DNA of 64,000 bases, from positions 955,786 to 1,019,785 of the forward strand of contig NMRA01000024.1 of assembly GCA_002633005.1 (NCBI GenBank). Direction: 5' to 3'. This DNA comes from Phoronis australis (Eukaryota; Animalia; Phoronida). Shown here piece after piece: positions 13,701-24,914 of this stretch (positions are counted from its first letter, which is position 1; each line of letters opens with the position of its first letter). The notes beneath the pieces were generated by a model, which saw only the letters and a program-made list of their open reading frames with translations, had not been told where the DNA came from and made no database searches. A program made the position numbers and the translations under genes.

Positions 13701-15456
13701 CTGTTAGGTAATTGCTTTCAGTAATAACTGAAAAGAGGTGAGCAATTTGTAAAACCAAATCGGCCTGGTCAATATTTAATTCCTGCAGACAATCCTCAGG
13801 TAGGGAGAACAGCATTTTTCAAAAATTTTAGAAAATGTGCATGTAATATACATCACAAGAAAGCTCTCTACAAGACTAAAAGAACGGTGCAAAAATTTTT
13901 AAAATCGGACTTACGGTTCCGGAGAAAATGGTGTTTTTGTGTCAAATTTTTTGGTAAAAATTCTGTCAAATCAAATTTGTGAGTTTGAAATATAATGGTT
14001 ACAAATCTACGTAACCTAGACAGACATGTTATACATCATTTCAAAGAAAATTTTATGATGAATAATTTGCAAAAAAGAACATTCCGATTGGACATTCCTG
14101 TGCGAAGATATTGACCTTAAAGTCAACAAAGTCGACGAAGAAAAGTCATTACGTTCAATTTTGTCGTTTCAAATTGGCATAAAATANATGGCGTTTACCA
14201 TCTACTATAATGGTTGATTTTTAGTACTGTTAGGATAAATGCTTTCAGCATGACCTGAAGAGCTGATCAGCCAGTCAAAGCAAATTCCCGAGGTCTGTCC
14301 TAGTAATTTTTTGCAATCTATTCAAAGGTGCCAAATTTGAACTTCCCCGATTGAATACTTTTCCTTTTGACACTTCATAAAATTCACAAACCCTACTGAG
14401 AGAATATCTCCAAATTAACTACTAGTATTGTTCCCTAATATGGAGAATTCACCCAATCAGAAGAAAAATCCCCAACTTGAGAATCAGATTCTGCTGTCTA
14501 TGGACCTGCTTAGACTAGCGCTGGTAAACACGACAATAGTCTGATATAACATGCCGGTATTGTGAGAACCAGTTTGATGCCCGTTATTCAGTGGAGAAAA
14601 CTGATTCTCAAAATTCGGTCACGTTATATCAGACCATTACACTGTGAAGGAGACCCTACACTCAAAAGCAAAACGTTGTCACACGTGACATTCAGGTTTG
14701 ACAGATTTGAATAAAGCCTCTCCAAATCGCTTATCAGAGTCCAGATAAAATGCATTCTAGTGCTTGCGGAGCTTATTAGTTCTGAGAGGTTTGTTGTTAC
14801 TTGGTTTGGTTGTACAGTTGTGTTTATTAGATCTACTATCAGGGGCAGATCCAGGATTTTGAGTTGGGGGGCAGGGCAAAATAATAGTGAGGATTTTGCC
14901 GTCAGACATTTGCACTACCGAAGTGCCAAATGGAATCTGGGAGAATTTTAGGGGGGGCATGGCCCCCCTCTAAATCCGCCACTGACTATGGTTGTTGACT
15001 TACAATACTGTCTAGTAATTGCTTTCAGTAATAACTGAAAAGAGGTGAGCAATCTGTCAAACCAAATTGACCTGGTTAATATTTAATTCCTGCAGACAAT
15101 CCTCAGGCTAGTAATATTCCGCACTCTATTCAGTGGTGCCAAACTTGAATTTCCCTGATGGGTAACTTTTTCCCCTAAACAATTTGTGAAATTCATTCCC
15201 AAAATTGGGAGAAAATGTCCAGATTTTGAGAACTTTTTGTCAACCAATCTGGAGAATTCATCGGATCCGATCGGGAGAAATTCTCCCACTGACTCAGTGA
15301 CTGGGAACCTGCTCCTCTACTGACCGATTCGATTCCCGGTGTCGGGTAATCTCGGCTATTACTACAACAGGCTCGTCCTGACCTTAGATTACATCTCGTA
15401 TGCGCACTTGTCCAAAAGAGAAACCTTGTCCTAAACCAATTTACCCGATGTCCCAT
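1761..15456 (-). CDS. PPAN: Peter pan homolog / suppressor of SWI4 1 (Brix-domain 60S biogenesis factor), 11 coding exons, 471 aa
   Basis: Manually spliced, all introns GT-AG with consistent phases: 15445-15456, 12310-12480, 11442-11586, 10834-11012, 8941-9017, 7189-7296, 5728-5835, 4048-4191, 3400-3521, 2570-2650, 1761-2029 (1416 nt). Family motifs APHSFVINRG, VRRVLEPYTASKLK, PHGPTLTFKV, FQNMFPSIN, EFRHY, LSESEGE, AIRLTEIGPRMTLQL, DDDREYYRDEVG, and a basic tail. Confidence 0.96.
3743..3846 (-). ncRNA. Candidate intronic box C/D snoRNA in PPAN intron 8 (possibly SNORD105-related)
   Basis: Sense strand: ATTTCAT ga ATGATGG (box C) ... ATGATTG (C') ... AAACGCT CTGA (box D) g ATGAAGT. The ends form a 7 bp terminal stem with one G-U pair. 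Confidence 0.45.
4658..4760. repeat. Degenerate minisatellite rich in ATGACATCA
   Basis: Five ATGACATCA cores within about 100 bp, including two copies of CATCACAAACTGATGACATCAT. Confidence 0.7.
8203..8583. mobile_element. Non-autonomous DNA transposon with TTAA target site (Kolobok-like MITE)
   Basis: TTAA|AGGTGCAATGTCTCGTTAA ... TTAATGAGACTATGCACTT|TTAA. Imperfect TIRs, purine-purine terminus, TTAA on both sides. Confidence 0.7.
9506..9562. repeat. Perfect tandem repeat, 3 x 19 bp (CATTGTGACCTATGACCTT)
   Basis: Units read directly at 9506-9524, 9525-9543 and 9544-9562. Confidence 0.95.
13423..14434. repeat. Near-identical direct duplication of about 247 bp (13423-13670 and 14188-14434); the second copy starts right after an N
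   Basis: ATGGCGTTTACCATCTACTAT...CTAGTATTGTTCC occurs twice, with an N at 14187. 13673-13800 is also repeated at 14980-15107. Confidence 0.85.
14537..14636. mobile_element. 100 bp MITE-like repeat with TAGTCTGATATAAC inverted ends
   Basis: The ends are inverted repeats. An inverted copy lies at 63109-63208 and a partial copy at about 63960-64000. Confidence 0.7.
14840..14984. mobile_element. MITE with CAG termini and 5 bp TSD (ACTAT)
   Basis: ACTAT|CAGGGGCAGATCCAGG ... CTAAATCCGCCACTG|ACTAT. Same family as 38019-38172, in the opposite orientation. Confidence 0.85.
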
Positions 15457-15742
15457 TGCTAAGTTGCGGGATCCTCACATTCACGAACACACCAAACACT
15501 GAATAATCTGCACGTCGTTGGAACTTCCGGAAAATGATTTCCGGTAAAAAGGGGAATATGAACATTTAATGTATATGTATAGAAATTCTTATTGTTTGGA
15601 ACTATAATACAATTAATTATTTTAAAAAACGCAACATATGAAATAAAAACGTGTTTTTAATGAGAAATAAACCGTATAAAGCTTCAAACTTTTAGTTACT
15701 AATATGACTTATGTTGACGACTATTTGCCCGATTTAAAAAAA
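15457..15742. promoter_or_regulatory. Bidirectional promoter region shared by PPAN and PFDN1
   Basis: Divergent start codons at 15456 (-) and 15743 (+). ETS-type cores ACTTCCGG (15523-15530) and TTCCGG (15539-15544). YY1-like AAAATGGCG overlaps the PFDN1 ATG. Confidence 0.75.
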
Positions 15743-18700
15743 ATGGCGACTTCCAGTGGAGCTGTTGATATGGAACTTAAAAAGGTAACACTGGATTTTT
15801 CTCACTATTCTTCTATCTCTGAGAACGTTGCTATGTGCAATAACAGACAAGAAAATATTAACTTTATTTCACTGAGAAGTGTACCGTTTCGTTTCTCCTT
15901 AGACGAGTCGGTTACCTGGTTCACTAGGCAATTAATTACATCGCCCTGGATCGGATGACTCCACACTACAGGCGTCCTCAGCTTCTGATCGTCCCCAATA
16001 CACTACATATAATACTACAAGGTATGACACTCCCGACACGGTGTCCTGTTCCGGCGACTTCGTAAGAAATTCGCAGTCAAAGAACAAAAATGTTCACAAA
16101 AAGCCCAAACACACTTCCATCTTGGACGGCTCGAGGTCAAGGACGGTACGGAAATTGCCAGTTTGTCGCGTAAAGTCACAATGTCGATAACGCCGTCCAT
16201 CTGTGGTTTGTTGAAACCTTGTTTTGTGCACAGGCGTCCTCAGCTTCTGATCGTCCCCAATACACTACATATAATAATACTACAAGGTAGGACACTCCCG
16301 ACTAGAAATTCCACGGGTGCTTCACTTCAGCCGTCCATAGCAAACATAAAACTCAATAAATTTACACAAAACAGGGGTTCAACGAACCATGAAGAATTGT
16401 TCTTTCTCCCAATACCATTCACAGTGTCCTGTTACGGCAACTTTGTAAGAAATTTGCAGTCAAAGAACAAAAATGTTCACAAAAAGCCCCCACACACGTT
16501 CTCCCTAGGCCCGTCGAGGTCAAGGACGGTACGGAAATTGCCGGTGAGTTACGGAAGTAGCGACATCGTGACTTTACGCGACAAAGCGGCAATTTCCGTA
16601 CCGTCCTTGACCTCGACGGGCCTAGGGAGAACGTGTGTAGGGGCTTTTTGTGAACATTTTTGTTCTTTGACTGCGAATTTCTTACGAAGTCGCCGTAACA
16701 GGACACCGTGAATGGTATTGGGGGAAAGAACAATTCTTCATGGTTTGTTGAACCCCTGTTTTGTGTAAATTTATTGAGTTTTATGTTTGTTATGGACGGC
16801 TGAAGTGAAGCTCCCGTGGAATTTCTAGTCGGGAGTGTCCTACCTTGTAGTATTATATGTAGTGTATTGGGGACGATCAGAAGCTGAGGACGCCTGTGGT
16901 TTTGTGTAAATTTATTGAGTTTTATGTTAGCTATGGAGGGCTGAAGTGAAGCACCCGTGGAATTTCTAGTCGGGAGTGCCATACCTTGTAGTATTATATG
17001 TAGTGTATTGGGGACGATCAGAAGCTGAGGACGCCTGTGGATGACGCAGGCATACAGGGGCTATAGACTACAGTACATTCCCACAAAAAGTTACGACTTT
17101 CAAAATACAGGAAATAAAATCAAATGGAACATGCATATATGCAGATGCAGTTAAAATTAACACATACCATTAGTCTGGAGACGGTTCAGTCAAGATAATT
17201 TGAACAAATTGATGAAAATCTGTTGCAATTTGCTCGAGTTTCTCTTACCGGGTGCCATTTCGAGGAAGTTACTGGAAATCACGCATCTTGAGGAATAAGA
17301 AGTCCAAGGGACACAAATCTTACAAATTTCACCTGATACCTTCCCATGCTATTTTGCAAGTGTCACGTGCCAGCATCACGCACTTCGCTCAGTCTCGCGC
17401 TAGTCTTTTCCTAACTCACGTGACTCAGTTGAAATACTTTGTGGTTATCGCGCCTGTGTTGAAAAAGTTAACGGTGACCAAAAAAGGGGAGTTGGAATTC
17501 TTCGCCAAAGTCACCATAATTCTCGTAACTAAGCTTCATCAAAGATATGTGTAGAAGTAGAAAGGACCACTGAAGAAAGTAAGCGCTTTTTAAGTGATAG
17601 CTTTAAGTGTGGAATGTATTTTTGACGTAGTGAAAACTCCTAATTGGTGGCCGGATTTGGCCTACCACCCATTTAAAATACACGGGACGAAATTCGTATA
17701 GAAAGCGATGGGAAGTATTGTAGCCCCTAACTGGCCAACCGAGGGACTACGTGTTGCCTACTGGATCACCAGACAAGAAACCAGCCGCCCGTTCAGTAAC
17801 GATAGGACCTCGGTAAAAAGCAAGACTTCGCGAGATTACGTGAGATATTGCCGTGTATTTTCAAAGAGTACACGTGCTTGTGGCTAGATTTTAGCTAGGT
17901 CCTAGCATAGGTCCTAGCGCTACTGAACGCACGCCAGGTCACTCACTTAAAAAAGTGTCAAAGTGACTCGGTCTCTGACCAACTTGAGTCAGTCTTAGTG
18001 AGTGTGCCAGTCCCAGATCATTAATCAAGCCTACGGTGCTAGTGAGTGATGGCTAGTATTCGACAAGTCCGAACTATCCAAAGTATTCCCTACTTGCACG
18101 GAAGCGTGTCGCTATGGCTATGCGGCTATAGCGTCTAAGACTAAATGTCGCGACCTCGCAAAACCAAGGCTGGACGTTCCACTTACATGGCCGTGGCTGA
18201 GCGCAGTGCGAGTTCACGGTGGTGATATTACCACATTTTACCATAGATTATAGACAACAGATTTGCAACTCATCGCCTTCGTATGATTCTGCATTGCTAT
18301 CACCAGACTGAAGCTCTTCTCCAACATTCATGACAAAAACCGACATCACAACTGATGGAAAATTGCATACACTCTCGTTCTTTGTTTCTATCCCAACCCA
18401 TTTTACAATTACGATTTAATCAGATTGTTAACATTTTAGTAAATTTATTAAACAATGTGGCATAATTAAGATGAGTAGCATGGTTGCTAGAGTTGGTGCA
18501 CACAAGACATTTTTCAAGTCACTCTGGATTTTGATTTAACATTCAGGCCTTACCCCTTGCTCTATATAACTGACGAGTCACTGACTTACAATTAACTGAC
18601 ATTTAAAAAAATGTGCAGGTGCCACCAGATTATGACTGTCACATGGGCATTTTAACTGCACAATTATCGAGCTGACTTGAGATATTGATAAGCCAGAGAG

Positions 18701-21700
18701 TGCGATCTTTTAATTGCAAAATCTTATTGTAAATTTGCCTCCAAGATCTCTTCTAATGCTATGAATCACCATGGATTCCATTCTCAGTTTAGCATCACTA
18801 GGTAATATATAAAAAGAAACTAAATCTTTATTTTCTTTCTTTTTGGTCGAGTTTTTGCTCTGTTGCACACAGCAGAAAACCCTGATCGCAAACCTGCAGG
18901 ACGTAGAGCGGTGCTTTTCAGTAACGTCATTCAAAGATGGCTTAAATGTGCAAGAAGAGAATACTATCATAGTGTTCTTTCTGGCATTGCGAGTCCCATT
19001 GTGAAGCCGAAGGGTCCAACAACTGTAGTGCTTCCTAGTAACAATTGTTTTTCTGCATCCAGAGCTGTAACAGTTAAATCCCTTGCAGGATCTCTGAGAA
19101 ATTTGCCAAGTATGTTTCTATGAACTTTGCAACAGACGAAAACTGTTTTTGGATTGATCGGACTACTGCTGTGCCTCGTAGTGGCATTTCTATTTCTTAG
19201 TGTATCTATGGCTCTGTTTAGATCATAGTTTCTGGATGGTTTTCATGAAAGTTGGCATACAGGTTTCAAGACCTTCCCATTTCAGACAGGTTTGACATAT
19301 TGTGCACCACCCAGTGGCCATTTCAGTAGTTCTTTTTTTGCCCACATTATCAAGAGTGAACAAATAATTAGCAAATTTGCTTTGAAGAAGTTAGAAACAA
19401 CTAAGTCTTTCATTTTATAATATGCTTAAGAAAAGATGCATGATTCTGCCCTGTTTAGGTTGCTCAAAACAAAAATCAAATTTGACACTTTTCTCCCATA
19501 AAATCATTTTTATCATATTTCTTACCATGATAGAATTCTATTTCCATTAGCAATAAAAACATCAAAGTCAACTCAAGAAAACTCTGAAGTTTACTAGGGT
19601 TGGCCAACCCTAAAATTGTGGATTAGAAAAATGGAGCATATACGCATTATCTTGATTTGAGGTGCTAGTTCATTTGGCAATAATTCATAACTGGATAGGC
19701 ATGGTAATTTTTAAAACCCACTTCATTTAAAAACTCAACATTGACAGGTAGACAGGGGTAAAGTTAAAACAGTGTCAATGAGATACTTGACCACCATAGA
19801 TACCGTATCTTTCCAGGTGTAACAACCCGACACCCTGTTTTCTTGTTTTTCTCTTCTATTGGGTAGCTCAGGCGTAAGCCCATTTTTCTGACACCTACAA
19901 CTGACCTCTTCTCATGCTTGTGCTTTGTGAGTAGGACTGTTTACGCAAAACTGCCTGGGAAAACAGATCCTGGCAGAATCGCAAAAACAAGTCAGTAGAA
20001 GCATCAATCCCGTTGTACTACCCGTTATACCTGTAATACCTGTCACGGTCAGGATCATTGGGGATATGCTGGTGCATTAATCCCCTCCCCAGACCATCCC
20101 TGTGATAGCAGAAGGTGCTGAGTTTGCCTGTCAGCATCTGATTTGACAACACACGGGCACGGCTCTTGTGAGTTGCCATAAGTAATACCGGCTTCGAGCA
20201 GTCGTTATCGTTATGGTACATCTACCCACGACTAGTCATTAGTAGTATTAAGCCCAATATGCGTGCACACAATAACATTGTAATAAGAACGTATTAACAT
20301 GTACTTAGTTCAGTGTTCGTGCTTCAGGCATTTCAAGATCTGCAAGCCAAAATGGTGGCCACTACTCAACAAATAAAGATCAACGACATGCAGGCTGACA
20401 GTCTTAGACGCCAGATTCAACACTCTAAACTTGTACAGAAGGAAATGAGCGATCTCCCGCAGAACACCAGAATGTATGAAGGAGTGGGTCGAATGTAAGT
20501 GCTTCTTGTGGTGAAGTATTGGATATGAAGAGATAAGTGAGATCATGCAACACCATGCAAAACTTCTTGTTAGTGAATGAAATTCCAGAGTGTTCAGTTA
20601 TCTCAAGACTTGACTTGCACACTCTAGCAAACTGGCTGCCAATGAAATTATTGGTCAAGGAGACTGATTCATAGAAATAGCCTGCAAGAAAAAATGCTAT
20701 ATGCATTCCATAAGCTAAGATTTCTTGCTGCAGGTGCCTTATTTGTGCGTAACACGTCCCTTATGTTTCAGGTATGGACCAAAGATAGCTATAATGTTGC
20801 AGGTCATTTACACTGTCATGGCCCAGTCCCCTCGATGCTCTCGATTTTGGAGCCAAATATTGGCCCATTCCCATTGAAAGTTATTTGAAAATTTTGCGAT
20901 ATTACCTCATCAGGCACAAAAGTTGCCTCCAATGCCCTCATTATTTCTTCTGCAAAATGCTACTTTTGGCTACTTGAGGCATTGCCGATGAGGTGTGCAG
21001 CCAGGGGGTGGAATTGGTGGTGATGAGAGGAGTGCCCAGTCTGCATTTATGCCAATAACCTGACACAAGAGGTGCTTATGCAGAGTTAGGTGCTACATTT
21101 CAGCTCTTATTCACATGGAGCTCTCCGCAACTGCCAACACAGAAGTTACTGACACAAAATCATTCATTGCCTGGTGCCTTTAATTGGTCAAATAACAGAA
21201 AGCAAATCAAATTGAACCTCCCATTTTGAGTATTCCTTGCATTCTATTGTTTATGTCTTGACACTGTGTCGTTTAGGTTTGTGCTGACACCTACCAACGA
21301 AGTTAAAAAACATTTAGAAGAAAAACAAGCGACGTCTGAAGAGAAGATCAAAAACTTAGAGGTAAATATTTGGTTGATTGGAGATGAATGCCTAAAGTTA
21401 CAGACAGCTGTAAGTGCATCTTTAGTCGCATTTACACGAGAGACAGCTGACACGGCGTAGCTGATCGAATAAAAGTGTGTCTTTAAACGCAACTGACACG
21501 GAGCAACGGCCAGTTTTTTGACACCGGTTTGATAGGTAGAGCGAGTTTCACTGGATCAGTTGCTCTAGTTTCAACTACACGTCTTGACACAACTGGGGCA
21601 GGTCGGAAAGAGATTATCTTTCATTGGGCTTGCGCAATAGTGTATATTGGGGTGATCAACTGGCATTCCACTTGGTTTGGACATTCGCTATTGTTTATAC

Positions 21701-22806
21701 GATCATGCTCAGACTGTCTTCGTGTAAGTGACTCGTGCTGATATAGTTTGCGATCTAGTGTCGTGTAAATGCGACCTAAGTGGCGCAAGGGGCATCGTGA
21801 CAACTGACACAGTGACAACTGTCGCTCACGTAAAAGCGGATTTTAGTGGTCAAAACTTGGAAGTGCAATAAACCGTTCTTCTGTAAAAAAAAACAACTTT
21901 TAGACTGATTATCATTATAAAACTGATCTCAACTTGTTCCTCAATCAGATAAAAAGTGATTTCTAGAAGAAGTGACAGTGCGGTAGTAGTTGAGGCTAAG
22001 CTTGGCAAATAAAATGACCCACTGGGTCAGAACTACTGAGTTGGCTTGGTGACTAGCAGTTACGACTTATCAGTTCTTCGCTAGCCCAGAAATCTCTTCC
22101 TGTCTGAGTAAGGCATGATGCGAGAACAAAAAATTCATCACAGAAATCCATGTATCAACAGCTATCTCTGTCAAACATGCTTTTCGGCGACTTATTCACG
22201 CGCTGGTCACTCATTCAGTTGATCCTAAGTGTCATGGGAGATAACTGTAGTTTAACAGCATTAGACAACATGATGAGTGTTACCAAATTATAAATAAAGT
22301 TTTTCCCAATTTTATTTTTTGCAAATATTTTGTATATCTGCTAGCAGGCTGACTTGTTTGTATCAAGGAGGGATGTCAACCTCCTATTTTCAAACAACTT
22401 TGTCATGTTACGTGTGCTGCACCTACTGGCAATTTTTGTATTTCGGAGCAAAAATGACGTATACCTGCACGCCACCTATTGTCTAGTAAAGAGACATGCT
22501 TCCTTGTTACAGTTTACATGTTTGCGGTGAATTGTAATTATCAATGAATAATACACGAATGTCACTGTCTGCAGTATTGCTAACCAGTGTAAAGGACAAT
22601 CCGAAAGTAGACAGGTGCAAACAAACCAAGTGTTGTAAGGTGGTTGACCCAACAAACTGACAAGCCTGCTGTTAACACGATAGGCACATTTGAGGATGCA
22701 AACCATTTGTCTTTTGCAGAGCAGTAAAGCCTACTTGGAGCGTAGTATAAAAGAGAGCGAAGATGGGCTACGAGAGCTCGTGTTGTCAAAGCAGCAGGGG
22801 AGATAA
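15743..22806 (+). CDS. PFDN1: Prefoldin subunit 1, 4 coding exons, 126 aa
   Basis: Exons 15743-15784, 20328-20494, 21277-21361 and 22720-22806 (381 nt, GT-AG, phases consistent). Protein MATSSGAVDMELKK AFQDLQAKMV...MYEGVGRMFVL...EEKIKNLE SSKAYLERSIKESEDGLRELV matches prefoldin-1 along its whole length. Confidence 0.96.
15962..17039. mobile_element. Foldback DNA transposon, outer copy (internally deleted), 8 bp TSD GATGACTC/GATGACGC
   Basis: Ends ..ACAGGCGTCCTCAGCTTCTGATCG and CGATCAGAAGCTGAGGACGCCTGTG. Flanks 15954-15961 and 17040-17047 match at 7 of 8 positions. Confidence 0.75.
16229..16898. mobile_element. Foldback DNA transposon, inner copy, 670 bp, about 315 bp TIRs, 8 bp TSD GTTTTGTG
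   Basis: CACAGGCGTCC ... GGACGCCTGTG is a near-perfect inverted repeat around a spacer of about 40 bp. GTTTTGTG is at 16221-16228 and 16899-16906. Confidence 0.9.
18715..18885 (-). pseudogene. Degenerate THAP zinc-finger fragment, probably transposon-derived
   Basis: Translation FCCVQQSKNSTKKKENKDLVSFYILPSDAKLRME...IRRD follows the THAP pattern (CC..C.N....SF..FP.D..LR..W...I.R). The second Cys and the Trp are lost. Confidence 0.5.
21424..21776. mobile_element. PIF/Harbinger-like MITE in PFDN1 intron 3
   Basis: TIR GTCGCATTTACACGA / TCGTGTAAATGCGAC with TTA/TAA-type flanks. Confidence 0.65.
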
Positions 22807-24914
22807 TGCGCTGTGCAAGGACTAACTTTCAACTGGTTGGGAAAGCTTCAATATGAGTCTGACCTCAGGATCCAATCTTCTGTATTTAAGTGGATATTGA
22901 ATTTAACTTATTTTTTCTGTTTTCTGTGTAGTGCATAGTCAAGAATTGTTGATTTTGTGCTTAATGCGTGATACTTGTCTGCACTTCATGACCCCAACAT
23001 TAAAAGCTTCAGACTTCAGTTAGATTGTGAATTCTTGAGTTTAAAGATTATTTGCATGATCCTGGGTTTGCTGATGTATATCAGGAACTAAACGGCAATG
23101 CTATTTCAACATCATCTACGCTAAAAAAAGTGCAGTTGTATTCACTGACAACTTGTAAATGTGAAAACAAAAAAATCTGCATATAGGTGACCCTTGCAAT
23201 AATGACATAACTTGGGAGGTTACATAGCCCGCATCATGCCATGTTATTCCCCAGCACCACGTCTCGATACTTACTGGATACGGCCTAGTGGTCTCAGCGG
23301 ATTATTTTCAACATAAAACTCGTTCTTAAACACGTAATTTTCAACTTACTTCGCATTCACATCGTCACTATATGCTTCTAATTTGACCAAACCAACACAG
23401 AGATAAGAAATTAGGGTGCAAGTTCCAGTTTAAGCCCAAGCGTCTGAGTGCCACATTTGAACTTGTGTTGTGCACTGAACACTGTAAATCCTTATGCACT
23501 GGAGCACGCAGTCAAACCCATTTTCTTTTGAATATAGTTTGAGCTCAGTTGAAATTCTATTTCAAATTTCAAGATTTTGTCTCCTAACCTGATTGATTTT
23601 GCCTGTAGTGAGTGCTGAACTTTGATCTCTTGGCAAAAAGCAACAAACATCAGTCAGCCTAATACTCTTGTTTTAAAGTTGGTCAATATATTTTTTTATC
23701 ATTTTTTGATTATTTTGTGTTAATCAGTAAAAACAGTAAATCGCCAGGATATGCCCATGTTCATTTATCAGTGATTTGAAATTTTGTAATTTTACCTTCA
23801 ATAAATGAAATAGCAAACAAAAATTTCATTCTCTTAGCTTTTTATCGGTTATGTATAGTTGTTTTTGTCAGAATATTTGCATTTATAGCTGAATCTTTGT
23901 TGGCAAACATATTTAAAAGGCATCATCAAATCAAAATGCTATATTTCACTAAACTTTTTACATTTACATGACATTGTAATATTACACTTCATTACATTAA
24001 ATTTCATTAATAGAACAACAGCTACATATTTACAAATTCAATAATACATTCAGGAACGCATGCAAGCTAAATATATTGTCCTCTTTTCTATACACACAAT
24101 TGGTTGCGTTTCCACTGACCAGAGTGTGGGATCTGATCTTCAAATTCAGATTCAAAATTTAACCAATCGTGATGCATGATTGGAGTACAACTTTGTAAGT
24201 TTACTCGAAGTGTAACGTGCAATTGGTTAATTTTCAATCCCAGTACAGAGATTAGGCGGCAGGTGCAGGGGTCTGTTTCATGGAAAGTCAGAAATTTTAA
24301 CTATGTTCCCTCCGTAGAATTATTGGATAAAATTTTTGCTGGTAACAGTTAGCACATGAAAAAGAAATAAAAGTATTGGAGCAACTAGTAGTTCTGGGTA
24401 TCTTGAGTCAACCTGTACATTTGGTAAGGTGAGATTAAAAAGGCATGGAATGCGAAAGCTCGTAAAAAATATCTCTTAAACAATTCCTGTGGAAAGTACC
24501 ATCTCGCAACATCTACTACAGTTATTCACTTTCCCCTGGGAGAGAATTTCCAAAAAAATCACAAGATTCCCAATTTTTGAAACACGTGCGAAGGAAAAAC
24601 TCTGTAGTCACCACAGAGTTTCTAATCAACCTCCCACTTATGATAATGCGTGCATGCGCTCACAGTCATTGGACAAACCGCTGACTTACCAGATGGATAT
24701 AACGGCAGATTATCATGTGTGACCGCACTCCCAATCTGAGGTAGACGGCACAGTATGAGACAAGCAAGACTAGGTAGTAAATTTTGACGCTTGGGAGCAT
24801 GTTGGACGAATTTTAGAAGCCAGGTATCGGGAGTTCTCATGAGAGATTCAAATTTAGATGTCACAAAAGCGATCACTAAAGTACCGATCCCGAAGGTCTT
24901 GGTACGGCACTGCA

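Noticed and set aside
15704-15742. Upstream in-frame ATG for PFDN1 (MTYVDDYL...)
   Set aside because: ATG 15743 has a much better context (AAAATGG) and matches the expected prefoldin-1 N-terminus length.
16163-16982. 182 aa and 187 aa ORFs on opposite strands with near-identical peptides
   Set aside because: They are products of the foldback inverted repeat and show no transposase motifs.
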